64,000 nucleotides of DNA from Clostridia bacterium (GTDB lineage Bacteria > Bacillota > Clostridia > DUPQ01), in the NCBI GenBank assembly GCA_041678685.1, contig JBAYNV010000001.1, forward strand, positions 4,498-68,497, read 5' to 3'. Position numbers and translations under genes: made by a program. This document shows positions 29,121 through 40,449 of the stretch, piece after piece (the stretch's first letter is position 1; each line of letters starts with the position of its first letter). The notes under the pieces were generated by a model. The model ran no database searches, was not told the DNA's origin, and saw only the letters and a program-made list of their open reading frames with translations.

Positions 29121-29894
29121 ATGGCGATAATAGGTATAGCATTAGCGATATTCCTGGTACTTTACTCAATAATGCTCAATGGCAAATTGATCAGTTTCTA
29201 TGATCTTCCCTCTGTTTATATCGTTATAGGGGGAACCATCGGTGCTTTGCTATGCAATTACCCGCTCAAAAACCTACTGGCATGCGGAAAGGCATTCATT
29301 AAAGTCATTAAGTTCAAAGCTCCGGACAGGCAGGCTATACTTGATAAGATCATTGAACTTGCATATGCATCAAAAAAAGAGGGATTGCTTGCATTAGAAA
29401 AATATACGGAAGAAATGACTGATGAATTTCTAAAGAAAGGCGTGCTTCTGATAGTGGACGGGACTAAACCTGAAGATGCCCGAAATGCTCTGGAGAGCGA
29501 CATAGCGATTACAGAACAGCATGAAAAACTTGCTCAGGACATATTTAACCAGGCTTCAAAACTTGCACCTGCATTTGGAATGATAGGCACGCTGATAGGC
29601 CTTATTAACATGTTAGGAAAACTTGATGATATAGGAACACTGGGTTCCAGTATGTCCATAGCCCTTGTAACGACCTTTTATGGATCCTGTGTTGCCAATA
29701 TCGTATGCATCCCTGTTGCAGGCAGGCTCAAGTGTATAAGCGATATCGAAGTGGAGAACAAGACGATGATGCTGGAAGGGATAATGGCTATCCAGTCAGG
29801 CGAATCTCCATACCTTATCAAAGAAAAACTCAGTTCTTATATAATAAAAACCGGAAAGGAGAGCAAAAAAGAAGATGAAGAGGAAAAGCCCTGA
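29121..29894 (+). CDS. motA: flagellar motor stator protein MotA
   Basis: Four TM segments and the MotA/TolQ/ExbB family plug/loop. Confidence 0.9.
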   Translation: MAIIGIALAIFLVLYSIMLNGKLISFYDLPSVYIVIGGTIGALLCNYPLKNLLACGKAFIKVIKFKAPDRQAILDKIIELAYASKKEGLLALEKYTEEMTDEFLKKGVLLIVDGTKPEDARNALESDIAITEQHEKLAQDIFNQASKLAPAFGMIGTLIGLINMLGKLDDIGTLGSSMSIALVTTFYGSCVANIVCIPVAGRLKCISDIEVENKTMMLEGIMAIQSGESPYLIKEKLSSYIIKTGKESKKEDEEEKP

Positions 29895-30690
29895 TCCGCC
29901 TGAAGGCGCAGCCGACTGGGTAGTATCATATGGTGACTGCATGTCATTGCTTCTGACATTCTTCATCATGCTTTATTCCTTTTCAACAGTCGATGCTGTC
30001 AAGTGGCAGCAATTAGCTGAATCAATGAGAGGAGCGCTCGGTAAAAGCAGCTATGTAGAACAACAGTCATTCAGTCCGATAAAAAAAGTAAGCAGTTCCT
30101 CCGGTAACAAGGGCGCCATTATACAGACGATCGTTGATAAAGGCGGATCCATCCCAAGTATAAACGGAGAGCAGCCAGCGGATACGGATACACCTGCAGA
30201 TACCGGTTACAGTGTGGAAGAAGCATTTGGCGATCTGTATGATGACCTTCTTCAGGGGATAACAGCCGGGGGAAATGAATTGTATGTGGACATAATCCGT
30301 ACCGAGAGTTCGATAATACTAAGATTCACGAATAAGATACTTTTCGAATCAGGGAATGCTGATCTTGACGAAGAAGCACTGGACATAATATCAGCGATAA
30401 TGGCAATAATATCAGAGTATGAGGAATATCTGGATAAACTGGTCATAGAAGGCAACACAGATAATATACCGATAAATACAGCAAGATACAGAGACAATTT
30501 CGAGCTTTCCATATACAGAGCTCTGAATGTTTTTTATTTCATAGAAAGAAGCGACCTCTTCCCTGCCAATAAAATAGAGATCAAGGGATATGGCGAGAAC
30601 AATCCCATCGCTACAAATGACACTTCGGAAGGACGCGCACTGAACAGACGTACAGATATCGTAATTATGAAAGCGGAGGTGGATGAATGA
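29875..30690 (+). CDS. motB: flagellar motor stator protein MotB (OmpA-like peptidoglycan-binding C-domain)
   Basis: The N-terminal WVVSYGDCMSLLLTFFIML with the conserved Asp, and a C-terminal OmpA domain (NRRTDIVI). Confidence 0.9.
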   Translation: MKRKSPDPPEGAADWVVSYGDCMSLLLTFFIMLYSFSTVDAVKWQQLAESMRGALGKSSYVEQQSFSPIKKVSSSSGNKGAIIQTIVDKGGSIPSINGEQPADTDTPADTGYSVEEAFGDLYDDLLQGITAGGNELYVDIIRTESSIILRFTNKILFESGNADLDEEALDIISAIMAIISEYEEYLDKLVIEGNTDNIPINTARYRDNFELSIYRALNVFYFIERSDLFPANKIEIKGYGENNPIATNDTSEGRALNRRTDIVIMKAEVDE

Positions 30691-31127
30691 AGAAAATTAT
30701 GATCATTGTGGCAACACTTATATTAACGGTCGTACTTACGTTCGTTATACTTATCGCATTTCCGGATACCAAAGCATATGAACTGCCTGAACCATCTCCA
30801 AGCCCTTCCGAATCACCTGTTGAAAATAAACTGTACACGTATGTGCTCGAAGATGCATTTATCACAAATATGAAAAACAGCAACGGATTTGTTCAGGCAT
30901 CTTTCATGCTGGAGATAACGAATGAAGCGGATCTCTTATATATACAGGAGCATAATTACATACTGACGGATACGATAATAAACGTTTTGAGGAATACCAC
31001 AGAGGAAGAGTATCTTAACGATGATATACAGCAGATACTGCGTGAACGCCTCAAAGAAGTGTTGATGACTGCTCTGGGCATTGACAGTATACAGAATGTA
31101 TTCTTTTTAGAATTAGTTATACAGTAG
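30687..31127 (+). CDS. fliL: flagellar basal body-associated protein FliL
   Basis: An N-terminal TM followed by a FliL periplasmic domain. Its position before fliM supports the call. Confidence 0.75.
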   Translation: MKKIMIIVATLILTVVLTFVILIAFPDTKAYELPEPSPSPSESPVENKLYTYVLEDAFITNMKNSNGFVQASFMLEITNEADLLYIQEHNYILTDTIINVLRNTTEEEYLNDDIQQILRERLKEVLMTALGIDSIQNVFFLELVIQ

Positions 31128-31136
31128 AGGGAAAAT

Positions 31137-32111
31137 ATGAAAGATATTTTATCGCAGTCAGAAATCGATGAGCTTATACAGAGTCTCAATTCGCCAAGTG
31201 AAGAGCCTGTTTCCGCAAAAAAAGAAAGGGTAAAGCCTTATGATTTCAGCAGGCCTAATAAGTTCACCAGGGAACAGGTCAGAGCTATTGAAGAAATTTT
31301 CGGGAATTTTTCGAAGGTCTTGTCATTAAGGCTTTCTGATTTTGCCAGAAGCACCTGCTTATTTGAGGTGACATACATTGAAGAACAGACATTCTTTGAA
31401 TATACCAATTCTGTTCCGAAATCATCACTTATCGGCGTGTTCGGCATAAAAAACAGCGAGCATAATGCATCTGTGGAATTATCATATTCTATTGTTCAGA
31501 GCATTATAAACCTGATGCTTGGCGGAGACGGGAAAAATGATCAGGAAACTTTTACCGGATTTACCGAAATTGAAATAAATCTTATAAACAGAGTGTTGAA
31601 AGTATTTATCCAGCCGATGATAGAAGTATGGAAAAGCTATATCGATTTAGGCATTAAACTGGAAAGAGTAGAAAACATGGGACAGCATATACAGATAGCG
31701 GCACCAAGCGACATCATTGAAATAATCACGCTTAAGGCTCAGATAGCGGAGAATGAAGGTTTCATAAACTTCTGCATCCCATACCTGCTGATCGAGCCGG
31801 TACTTAAGATCATTGCTTCCACGCAGAGTTATACTCTTACATCAAAAAATGACGGTGTGTCACACGAGGAATTTTTAAAAACCAAGATCATAAGGAATGT
31901 CGTGGAAATGGTCTGCAGTCTGGGAAAAGCTTATCTTACACTTGATGAGCTTGGCAAAATACAGGTCGGTGATGTGATCAAATTAAAGAAGAAGACAAAT
32001 GAAAATGCAGAATTGCTTCTTAATAATATACCTAAGTTCAAAGTCGATATAGGGCAGAAGAACAATCGTTATGCAGCAAGAATCAATGATTCTGTGGAAA
32101 GGACAATGTAA
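31137..32111 (+). CDS. fliM: flagellar motor switch protein FliM
   Basis: An N-terminal CheY-P binding segment (LSQSEIDELIQSL) and the FliM middle domain. Confidence 0.9.
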   Translation: MKDILSQSEIDELIQSLNSPSEEPVSAKKERVKPYDFSRPNKFTREQVRAIEEIFGNFSKVLSLRLSDFARSTCLFEVTYIEEQTFFEYTNSVPKSSLIGVFGIKNSEHNASVELSYSIVQSIINLMLGGDGKNDQETFTGFTEIEINLINRVLKVFIQPMIEVWKSYIDLGIKLERVENMGQHIQIAAPSDIIEIITLKAQIAENEGFINFCIPYLLIEPVLKIIASTQSYTLTSKNDGVSHEEFLKTKIIRNVVEMVCSLGKAYLTLDELGKIQVGDVIKLKKKTNENAELLLNNIPKFKVDIGQKNNRYAARINDSVERTM

Positions 32112-32112
32112 A

Positions 32113-33129
32113 ATGGTAAAAGAACTCACTCAGGAAGAGATCGACATGCTTATAAACGGTAACAGTAAAACAACTCTTACTGAAGAAGAAATAGATATGA
32201 TCGGCGAGATCGGAAATATAGGAATGGGTAATTCAGCTACTGCCCTTTCTAAGATACTGAAAAGAAAAGTTAATATAACGACACCTAAAGTGATCATCCT
32301 TGATCAGCATAAAATGCCCACGGAATATGCTATACCTTATGTGACAGTGGAGATAGCATATACGGAAGGCTTAGAAGGAAAAAATATCCTGAATTTAAAG
32401 GATGAGGACGTAAAAATAATCACTGATATCATGATGGGCGGGACCGGTGTAGCAAAAGACGGGCCTATCGATGAAATGAACCTAAGCGCTGCAGGAGAAC
32501 TGATGAATCAGATGATAGGTACCGCATCCACTGCACTTTCGGAGATGATGAATATAAGGCTCAATATATCGACTCCAAATGTCAGAATAACTGACTATGC
32601 GAACGAGCAGATCAACGATTTCACTGGAAATGAAATACTGGTATTGACCGTATTTGATCTGAACGTCGAAAACACATTAAAAAGCGAGATCATGCTTGTT
32701 ATGACACTGGATTTTGCTAAAGAAATGGTCAGTACAGTCAAAAAACAATATATGGAGGCATCACAAAGACCTCAGCAGACACAACCTGATACCGGCAAAC
32801 CTGAGGAAACGGCCAGTAAAGTAAATGTCCAGAAAGTAGAACTTCAGACATTCGGCGATGAATCAAAGGCTCCTGCGATGAACGGCAACAGATATGACAT
32901 ACTGATGGATGTCCCATTGGAAGTGTCTATCGAGATCGGCAGAGTAAAAATGCCTATCAGTGAGATATTGAAATTCACCAGCGGTACGATCATTGAGCTG
33001 GACAAGCTTGTAGGAGAAGATGTGAATATCGTTATAAATAACAGAACTATAGGAAAAGGGGAAGTTGTTGTTATTGATGAATATTACGGGATGAGAATCT
33101 CCGAAATACTCGATCAGAACAGCATATAA
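32113..33129 (+). CDS. fliY: flagellar motor switch phosphatase FliY (CheC-like + FliN domains)
   Basis: A CheC-type motif (DMIGEIGNIGMGNSATALS) and a C-terminal FliN/SpoA domain. I prefer the start at the MVKELTQ ATG with GGAAAGGA upstream; the track start at 32071 overlaps the fliM end. Confidence 0.8.
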   Translation: MVKELTQEEIDMLINGNSKTTLTEEEIDMIGEIGNIGMGNSATALSKILKRKVNITTPKVIILDQHKMPTEYAIPYVTVEIAYTEGLEGKNILNLKDEDVKIITDIMMGGTGVAKDGPIDEMNLSAAGELMNQMIGTASTALSEMMNIRLNISTPNVRITDYANEQINDFTGNEILVLTVFDLNVENTLKSEIMLVMTLDFAKEMVSTVKKQYMEASQRPQQTQPDTGKPEETASKVNVQKVELQTFGDESKAPAMNGNRYDILMDVPLEVSIEIGRVKMPISEILKFTSGTIIELDKLVGEDVNIVINNRTIGKGEVVVIDEYYGMRISEILDQNSI

Positions 33130-33141
33130 GGGAGGTACAGC

Positions 33142-33504
33142 ATGGCTATGGGAATTTTAGTGGTAGACGACGCGGCTTTCATGAGAATGATGATCAAGGA
33201 TATTCTGTCAAGAAACAATATCCAGGTAGCAGGAGAAGCTCCAAATGGAGTAATAGCGGTTGAAAAATACCAGGAACTGAAACCTGAACTCGTGATCATG
33301 GATATCACGATGCCGGAAATGAGCGGTGTAGATGCTTTAAAATGCATCAAAAAGATGGATCCGAAAGCAAATGTGATAATGTGTTCCGCATTGGGACAGC
33401 AGGATATGGTCATGGAAGCCATACAGGTCGGTGCGAGGGATTTCATAGTAAAACCCTTTCAGGAAGGAAAACTTGTTCAGGCAATAAGAAAATTTGTAAA
33501 GTAG
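33142..33504 (+). CDS. cheY: chemotaxis response regulator CheY
   Basis: 120-aa receiver domain with the DD...D...T...K signature (VVDDAAFMR, IMDITMP, KPF). Confidence 0.9.
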   Translation: MAMGILVVDDAAFMRMMIKDILSRNNIQVAGEAPNGVIAVEKYQELKPELVIMDITMPEMSGVDALKCIKKMDPKANVIMCSALGQQDMVMEAIQVGARDFIVKPFQEGKLVQAIRKFVK

Positions 33505-33545
33505 GATCAGATCCATAGTCACTGGCATATCCTGGAAAATACCAT

Positions 33546-33587
33546 ATAAAAATACAGAAAGGATCAGTTGCTTTCCGTATTTTTTTA
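33546..33587. terminator. bidirectional rho-independent terminator between convergent cheY (+) and cheD (-)
   Basis: ATACAGAAAG gatcagttg CTTTCCGTAT has a 10-bp stem with one mismatch. It is flanked by aaaaa upstream and ttttttt downstream. Confidence 0.6.
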
Positions 33588-33607
33588 CCTGTATTATCCG
33601 GTCCGGA

Positions 33608-34081
33608 TCAAAGATTTATGATACCTTTTGTGAGTGCTTTTACTGTCACTATCCCGGTTTCTGCATCTATTGAAACTGTCCGTCCGTAATCCCCTCCGAC
33701 ATCCCTTGCGATTATAGGTATCCCCTGCCTGATCAGCTGATTCTGGACAGCTTTGATATTTTTATCTCCTACGGTCTCACCTGACCAGGAAAACATATTG
33801 GCTCCTCCTGCGATCTTGGCCGTAAGATTATTCTTCCTGCATCCTGCTATGATCATTTTATCTATAAGTTCTTTTATCGCCGTATCAGCGAATTTTTTAG
33901 GCATGACTTCCTTATATGGGCTGGAATCAGGCAGTAAAATGTGTGAAAGACCAGCAATCTTTGCTATTTTATCATACAGGCATATACCTACGCAGGATCC
34001 TAGCGCATATGAAATGAGCCCGTCAGGCGAACTTGCCACATTCAGATCAGATATCCCTATCACGATTTGTTTTCCTGTCAT
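33608..34081 (-). CDS. cheD: chemoreceptor glutamine deamidase CheD
   Basis: The ALGSCVGICLYD Cys motif of the CheD family. Confidence 0.85.
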   Translation of the reverse strand: MTGKQIVIGISDLNVASSPDGLISYALGSCVGICLYDKIAKIAGLSHILLPDSSPYKEVMPKKFADTAIKELIDKMIIAGCRKNNLTAKIAGGANMFSWSGETVGDKNIKAVQNQLIRQGIPIIARDVGGDYGRTVSIDAETGIVTVKALTKGIINL

Positions 34082-34692
34082 AATGCACCCAATTTTGAAA
34101 ACATACGGTCCAGAGAAACCGGTTCAGGCATTATGAGCAGATTGCTTCTGAACATATCTTGTCCTGAATAGAAACACTCTTCTATAAGCATAAGCTCGTC
34201 TTTCATGGCTCCAAAAACCGATGCTGGATAATTCAGGATCGCTCCCACCATATCGATAGCTATGCGTGGAGCTTCAAGGGTTATTCTGTAATCAAGAAGC
34301 TGTGATATCGCATTGATATACGATCCGGAAAGTATATTGCCTATCTCCGTCAATGCCGAGACACCCATTTCGGTTATATCCTGCAGACAGGTGACATTTT
34401 CATTTAACAGAACTTTTAAAAGATGTGAAACAGCATTTTTATCAAGAAGAAAAAGCAGCATTCCCTCGATATCCCCTCTCATAAGGACCAATACCCCGGC
34501 TACCTGGTTTTCCGGTCCTCCTAAAACCTGCGATATACCGTCAGCATTTGTGATCCTGATATTCGGTACATCGATGCTTATCCTGCCGTTTAGCATGAGC
34601 GAAAGTGCTGTCGCTGCATTCCCTGTGCCTATATTCCCTATTTCTTTAAGTATGTCGGCCTGGAACTCATTTATTTTACCTATATCGATCAT
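34078..34692 (-). CDS. cheC: CheY-P phosphatase CheC
   Basis: Duplicated CheC motifs (EIGNIGTGNAATALS and TEIGNILSGSY). Confidence 0.85.
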   Translation of the reverse strand: MIDIGKINEFQADILKEIGNIGTGNAATALSLMLNGRISIDVPNIRITNADGISQVLGGPENQVAGVLVLMRGDIEGMLLFLLDKNAVSHLLKVLLNENVTCLQDITEMGVSALTEIGNILSGSYINAISQLLDYRITLEAPRIAIDMVGAILNYPASVFGAMKDELMLIEECFYSGQDMFRSNLLIMPEPVSLDRMFSKLGAL

Positions 34693-34701
34693 CTTTTTCT
34701 C

Positions 34702-35730
34702 CTATATGTTCTTAAAACAGCTCACTATCCTTGAAGGGATCTCAAGTAAGGGAAGCTGTACTGTTACAGCACCGATCGAAAATGCGGCTTTAGGCATTCC
34801 ATATACGACAGATGATGCTTCATCCTGTCCTATTGTAAAAGCACCATTCTTCTTCATGTTCAGAAGACCTTTAGCTCCATCGACTCCCATACCTGTAAGA
34901 AGCACGCCTATGGAATTTTCCTTTGCTGTTTCCGCTACCGAATCAAAAAGTATATCTACCGAAGGACAGTGTCCGCTTTGTTTTTCGTTACCCGAAAGCC
35001 GGACATAATATCCGTCGTTCTTCGTCGCGATACGCATCTGGATGCCTCCCTGAGCTATTATGATCCTTCCTTTTCTGACTTCGTCCCTGTCTTCAGCCTC
35101 CTTGACTTCGAAACCTGTCTGCTGATTCAAACGATCCGCATACATTTTCGTAAAAACAGGCGGCATATGCTGAACGATCACTATCCCTGGCAGATCGGCA
35201 GGAAGCCTCTGTATGACCTCGAATAAGGCTTCAGTTCCTCCTGTCGAAGCTCCCATGGCTATCACATACTTATCTGCATTCTTCATATTTACAGAGCTTT
35301 TAACGGGTTGTCGCGGTTCCTCGGGTCTTACATTGATATATTTTATTTCTGAACTTATACGTATTTTAACTACAAGTTCTTTAAAGAACATTGATCCGTC
35401 TTTATCTTTAAGGTCAGGTTTCTTCAGAAAATCCACAGCGCCTGCATTCAGAGCATCGAATATATTCGTGCTTGCAGAACTTATAACAACAATAGGGATA
35501 GGATACTGAGGAAGCAGTTTTTTTAGAAAATCTATTCCCGACATCTTTGGCATATTCACATCCAGAGTGATAACATCAGGCTGTATTTCAAGTATTTTAT
35601 CCCTTGCCTCATATGGGTCTTTTGCAAAACCTGCTATCTCGATATCCGGCTGATCGGTCAGCCCTTCCGCCAAATATTCTCTGAAGAACATCGAATCATC
35701 CACAATGAGTACTCTGATCTTATTTTCCAT
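34702..35730 (-). CDS. cheB: chemotaxis protein-glutamate methylesterase CheB
   Basis: An N-terminal receiver (VLIVDDS) and a C-terminal CheB methylesterase domain (GASTGG...HCPSVD). Confidence 0.9.
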   Translation of the reverse strand: MENKIRVLIVDDSMFFREYLAEGLTDQPDIEIAGFAKDPYEARDKILEIQPDVITLDVNMPKMSGIDFLKKLLPQYPIPIVVISSASTNIFDALNAGAVDFLKKPDLKDKDGSMFFKELVVKIRISSEIKYINVRPEEPRQPVKSSVNMKNADKYVIAMGASTGGTEALFEVIQRLPADLPGIVIVQHMPPVFTKMYADRLNQQTGFEVKEAEDRDEVRKGRIIIAQGGIQMRIATKNDGYYVRLSGNEKQSGHCPSVDILFDSVAETAKENSIGVLLTGMGVDGAKGLLNMKKNGAFTIGQDEASSVVYGMPKAAFSIGAVTVQLPLLEIPSRIVSCFKNI

Positions 35731-35733
35731 GGA

Positions 35734-36546
35734 TCATACCTTCCTGTATATCGAGGGCATTACATATGTAAAACCCGTGCTTGATCTGGTTATAGATTCA
35801 GCCTGTCCTATAAACAGATATCCTCTATCTTCAATACAATCATATATTCTTGTCAATAAAGCTTCTTTGGTTTCCTTATCAAAATAGATCATTACGTTCC
35901 TGCAAAAAACAGCATCGAATTTCTTTTTGAAAGGGAAATTTTCTGTGATCAGATTGAATTTCCTGAATACTATTTTTTGCCTTATCTGAGGAATTACCTG
36001 ATACTGATCGTTCCCGCATGCCATGAAATACTTTTCCTGAAAGGTTTTAGGCATTTTCTGCACAGACAAACTGTCATATATCCCCTTTTCCGCTTTTTCC
36101 AGTACGCTTGTCGATATATCGGTAGCAAGCATTGTCTTTTCCCATGGATCTCGACAGTTTTCAAAAAAATCATTCACGATCATTGCAAGCGTATATGGTT
36201 CTTCACCGGATGAGCATCCTGCACTCCATAATCTTAAATCGAAATTGCTCTTATTTCTCTTCAGATATGGCAGTACTACCTGCCTGAAATATTCAAAATG
36301 AGATGATTCGCGCATAAAGTACGTATGATTGGTTGTAAGTTTGTTGACCATATTGATTGTTTCATCGGAACCCTTTTCGCTGAAAACATAATCCAGATAT
36401 CCGGAAAACTCACTAAAGCCTTTAGCTGTAATAATATTGCCCAGCCTTCCTTCAATGAGATTCCGTTTCTGAGAAAGATTGATCCCATAATTCCTCTTAA
36501 CAAAAGTAACCAGTCTTCTAAACTCATTATCACTGATCTTGATCAT
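35734..36546 (-). CDS. cheR: chemotaxis protein methyltransferase CheR
   Basis: A CheR N-terminal helical domain and a SAM-MTase core (RLWSAGCSSGEEPYTLAM). Confidence 0.9.
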   Translation of the reverse strand: MIKISDNEFRRLVTFVKRNYGINLSQKRNLIEGRLGNIITAKGFSEFSGYLDYVFSEKGSDETINMVNKLTTNHTYFMRESSHFEYFRQVVLPYLKRNKSNFDLRLWSAGCSSGEEPYTLAMIVNDFFENCRDPWEKTMLATDISTSVLEKAEKGIYDSLSVQKMPKTFQEKYFMACGNDQYQVIPQIRQKIVFRKFNLITENFPFKKKFDAVFCRNVMIYFDKETKEALLTRIYDCIEDRGYLFIGQAESITRSSTGFTYVMPSIYRKV

Positions 36547-37057
36547 TATGCTCCCTTATTATCAGGTCTTCTATCACATTCAATTCCTCTTTTCCTATTA
36601 TCCTGTTGCAGTCAAGCAGCAATTTGATCCCATTAGCTGCCTTACCTATATACTTTACATAGTTTTCCTTCAGTTCCTTACCGTATGAAGGAAGAGGGAC
36701 CAGCTGCTCTTCCTTTAAAGTAATAACTTCAGACACGCTGTCGACAATGAACCCGATCACCGTGTTTCCATAGCTTAAAACGATTATGCATGTCCTACCG
36801 TCATACACTTTTTCCTGTCTGTTAAACTTAAGCCTCAGATCGATAACTGGTATTATCCGCCCCCTGAGATTTATTATTCCCTTCATGTATCCGGCAGCTT
36901 CAGGAATAGAGGTAATAGGTTGTATACCTACTATTTCGGTCACATACGATATATCAAATCCATAGACTTCGTCCTCTATTTTAAATGTGAGATACATATC
37001 TTTACTGGTATTATCAATTTCGGTAGTGAACAGTTCATTGTCATTTATGCGTGTCAC
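36530..37057 (-). CDS. cheW: chemotaxis coupling protein CheW (copy 1)
   Basis: YLTFKIEDEVYGFDISYVTEIV...GIINLRGRIIPVIDLR is the CheW signature. Confidence 0.9.
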   Translation of the reverse strand: MTRINDNELFTTEIDNTSKDMYLTFKIEDEVYGFDISYVTEIVGIQPITSIPEAAGYMKGIINLRGRIIPVIDLRLKFNRQEKVYDGRTCIIVLSYGNTVIGFIVDSVSEVITLKEEQLVPLPSYGKELKENYVKYIGKAANGIKLLLDCNRIIGKEELNVIEDLIIREHNDQDQ

Positions 37058-37069
37058 GGGTGCCTCCTT

Positions 37070-38629
37070 CTATGCAATTGTGAATCTGCTGACCATTTCT
37101 TTAAGCATCACGACCTGTGAGTTCAACTCTTCGCTTGCTGCAGCGCTTTCTTCTGCGGTAGCGGAGTTGCTTTGGACAACGGCGGATATCTGATTTACCG
37201 CAGTGTTTAGCTGGTCGATCTCTGATGCCTGTAACTGTGATGATTCGGTGATCCCTTTTATGAGTTCGGATGATTTTGTTATGCTCTCCACTATCCTTTC
37301 AAGGACTTTTGCAGTTCCCTGAGCGGTTTTTGTCCCTATATTTACTTTCTGGATCGAGTCTTCTATAAGTACGGTGGTGTCTTTCGCGGCATTCGCGCTT
37401 CTTGCCGCAAGCTTTCTGACCTCCTCGGCAACTACGGCAAAACCTTTTCCGTATTGCCCTGCATGTGCCGCTTCAACAGCCGCATTGAGCGCCAGAAGAT
37501 TTGTCTGGAATGCTATATCATCAATGACCTTAATGATCTTGGCAATATTCTTTGAAGAATCATTTATATCCTTCATGGATACAAGCATCCTTCCCATTTC
37601 ATCATTTCCTCTTATTGCATCATCGCCCATGGCAGATGAAATACTATTAGCTTCGTCAGCATTCTGAGCATTTACGCTTATCATATTCTTCATCTTGTTC
37701 ACTGTCTCTGCGATCTGTTCTGTTGCGCTTGCCTGTTCGGTGGAACCCTGAGACAGTTCCTGAGCTCCGTTTGATACCTGCGATGATCCGCTTGCAACCT
37801 GTTCTGTAGAATTATTGATCTCAGACAAAGACTCCCTTAGATTCTGAGCTGTTTTATTGAATGCTCTTTGAAGATCACCCAGCTCATCTTTAGCATCGTT
37901 TTCACCGGACACTGTCAGATCGCCCTGGGTTAACTTATCAGCCATATCCTTCAGTTCATATACAGGTTTCTTGATCGTTTTAGATACAGATCTTGCATAC
38001 ACTATCAATAGAACACATATAATAGCACCTGCCGCAACGAATATGTTTGTATTTGTATTTAATGAATTTCTTTCATTTTCCGTTTCATATATCGCATAAT
38101 CATCAAGAAGCTGGCTGGCATAATCTATCCTCTCTCTTGCCTGATCGAAGTATCCCAGTGCTTCATTATAATCGCCTTTATCTGTAGATGGGTCATAGGC
38201 AGCGATCCATTTGTCAAAATAAATGTTGAATTCTTCGATCAGGGTTTTAAGGTTTTTACCTGATACCGGATGTATATATTGCTCGTATAAAGGTTTCTCG
38301 CTGTTGATATTGCTTACTATCGATGCGATCCTTTCGCCTGCCTGCCTGTAGTTTTCATCAAAACCTGCAATTAAACTGTCCTTTGCATCTTTGGATAATA
38401 CCTTTTGTTCGAGCTGCAGCTCCTGCTCAGCCAGCAGGGCCTGATACAGATCCCTGTCTGCATTCAGCAGCAGTTCAGTATTCATATACAGCTGATCATA
38501 CATAACTGAATAAGCTTTATCGTATATGGCAAAAGAATTGATTATTGAATAAACTATGACTGCCAGGAGAACCATCATCGCTGGGAAAACCATCATGAAA
38601 AGTTTCGCCTGTATTTTTAAATTTTTCAT
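37070..38629 (-). CDS. methyl-accepting chemotaxis protein (TM-sensor-TM-HAMP-MA)
   Basis: Two TM segments flank a roughly 170-aa extracytoplasmic domain, followed by HAMP and the MCP signalling domain ([36 protein letters not shown]). The start is the MKNLK ATG with GGTGGA upstream. Confidence 0.85.
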   Translation of the reverse strand: MKNLKIQAKLFMMVFPAMMVLLAVIVYSIINSFAIYDKAYSVMYDQLYMNTELLLNADRDLYQALLAEQELQLEQKVLSKDAKDSLIAGFDENYRQAGERIASIVSNINSEKPLYEQYIHPVSGKNLKTLIEEFNIYFDKWIAAYDPSTDKGDYNEALGYFDQARERIDYASQLLDDYAIYETENERNSLNTNTNIFVAAGAIICVLLIVYARSVSKTIKKPVYELKDMADKLTQGDLTVSGENDAKDELGDLQRAFNKTAQNLRESLSEINNSTEQVASGSSQVSNGAQELSQGSTEQASATEQIAETVNKMKNMISVNAQNADEANSISSAMGDDAIRGNDEMGRMLVSMKDINDSSKNIAKIIKVIDDIAFQTNLLALNAAVEAAHAGQYGKGFAVVAEEVRKLAARSANAAKDTTVLIEDSIQKVNIGTKTAQGTAKVLERIVESITKSSELIKGITESSQLQASEIDQLNTAVNQISAVVQSNSATAEESAAASEELNSQVVMLKEMVSRFTIA

Positions 38630-38679
38630 TTTCCACCCCCACATGTTTCTTTATATCTAAAAAGGGGAATATCCCCTTT

Positions 38680-40413
38680 TTAGTATTTGCCGAAATTGTC
38701 GTTACCTAAATCGATAGCTGCAGGCGTTTTCTTCGTAACTTTTTTTATCGCAGACGGATCCTTTTTTATATCCTTGCTCACGCTGCTGTTTGCCAGTTTG
38801 AATCTGTTTACCAGTTCGGTAAGAAGGACGGCCTGAGATGAAAGTTCTTCGCTTGCTGCCGCACTTTCCTCCGCTGTAGCGGAATTGTTCTGTACGACTT
38901 TAGATACCTGGTTCAACCCTTCATTAAGCTGTTCGATAGCGGCAGCCTGTTCATTAGATGCGCCTGATATCTGTGAAACGATCTCTGTCGCTTTTTCCAC
39001 CCCTTTGACTATATCGTCAAGAGCTTTTGCTGTTTCCTGTGCGATCTTTGTTCCTGCATTGACTTTTTCCATGGAACCTTCGATAAGCGCTGTTGTTTCC
39101 TTTGCGGCATTCGCGCTTCTTGCAGCCAGATTCCTTACTTCTTCAGCAACAACGGCAAATCCTTTCCCATGCTGTCCGGCTCTTGCAGCTTCCACTGCTG
39201 CGTTAAGTGCCAGAAGGTTTGTCTGGAAAGCTATATCGTCTATTACTTTTATTATCTTCGAAATATTCTGCGATGAATCATTTATATCTTTCATTGATCC
39301 AAGCATGTTGAGCATCTGCCCGTCACCCTTTGCGGCATTCTTTTTGACTTCAAGCGTCACTCTGTTTGCTTCATTCGCATTCTTTGCGTTATCTTTGGTC
39401 TGTTCAGCTATCTGAGTCACTGATGCAGAGATCTCCTCTATGGAGCTTGCCTGCTCGGTAGAACCCTGTGACAGCTGCTGAGCTCCGTCAGAAACCTGGG
39501 ATGACCCTGTGGAAACCTGCTCTGCTGCATCATTTATATCCTTCATTGTGGCATTCAATGATTCAAGTATTTTTGCAAATGATTTCTGAAGATCACCTAT
39601 TTCATCTTTTGTTTTGACTTCGATTTTATCATCAAGATGCCCATTTGCTATATTATTCGCATAACCTACTATCTGACCGATCGGTTTGCTTATCATCCGG
39701 CTGATCAGTATACCTAAAATGATCGAAAGGACTATCGCAAGTGCAACTATAGATACAAGGAAGAGAGCCGACTTTTCCGCCGAAGCTTCAGCTGCTGCAT
39801 ATGTTTCATCAGCTATCTGCTTATTTGAATCAATGATCGTCTTCAGTGCTCCATCCAGTCCGAGGAAAGCTTCCCTTACGATAATGGACTGCTCATAAGC
39901 CTTCTGATCCAGATCCGATACAGTGGTATCATCATAATCCGCCCCTTTTTGAATAAGCTCATCTTTATCTTTAGCTATTTCATAAAATTTTTCTGATTGT
40001 GTAATAAAGGCTGATAAATAAGTCTGCGCATCTGTTAATGCCTTCGTCACTTCGGTAGAATACAACGCCATATCACTTTCAGAGTTACCTAAACTCATTG
40101 CTGTCTGCCATGCAGCATCAAGGTCTGCCATCGCCTCGTCTATATATTCATATTGCGAATCTCTCAACGATTGCGCTTTCATTTTATCAATGATAAGTCC
40201 TCTTTGCCCGACCATGACCGCAGTTGCCTCTTCTCTTGTCAGTATCAGGTTTTCTACTTTTGGAAGAGTGACTGTGGCTATCTTTGTCTGGCTCTCTTTT
40301 ATGCCTTCCATACCCACATAACCCACAATGCCTACTGCGCCTGCTAACAGTGCTACCAGGACAAACGCTATTACCAGCTTCTTCCCCAACTTCATGTTAA
40401 AATACCACTTCAT
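38680..40413 (-). CDS. methyl-accepting chemotaxis protein (4-helix-bundle-like sensor, HAMP, MA)
   Basis: Same architecture as the first MCP. The signalling domain is nearly identical to the neighbouring MCP ([36 protein letters not shown]). AAGGAGG lies 5 nt upstream. Confidence 0.85.
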   Translation of the reverse strand: MKWYFNMKLGKKLVIAFVLVALLAGAVGIVGYVGMEGIKESQTKIATVTLPKVENLILTREEATAVMVGQRGLIIDKMKAQSLRDSQYEYIDEAMADLDAAWQTAMSLGNSESDMALYSTEVTKALTDAQTYLSAFITQSEKFYEIAKDKDELIQKGADYDDTTVSDLDQKAYEQSIIVREAFLGLDGALKTIIDSNKQIADETYAAAEASAEKSALFLVSIVALAIVLSIILGILISRMISKPIGQIVGYANNIANGHLDDKIEVKTKDEIGDLQKSFAKILESLNATMKDINDAAEQVSTGSSQVSDGAQQLSQGSTEQASSIEEISASVTQIAEQTKDNAKNANEANRVTLEVKKNAAKGDGQMLNMLGSMKDINDSSQNISKIIKVIDDIAFQTNLLALNAAVEAARAGQHGKGFAVVAEEVRNLAARSANAAKETTALIEGSMEKVNAGTKIAQETAKALDDIVKGVEKATEIVSQISGASNEQAAAIEQLNEGLNQVSKVVQNNSATAEESAAASEELSSQAVLLTELVNRFKLANSSVSKDIKKDPSAIKKVTKKTPAAIDLGNDNFGKY

Positions 40414-40449
40414 AATTTCCTCCTTATATATTATTACTGAAATTTATTC

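Noticed and set aside
32071-32112. Track start of fliY at 32071 overlapping fliM
   Set aside because: The downstream ATG at 32113 has a proper SD (GGAAAGGA) and begins directly after the fliM stop. The upstream extension has no SD.
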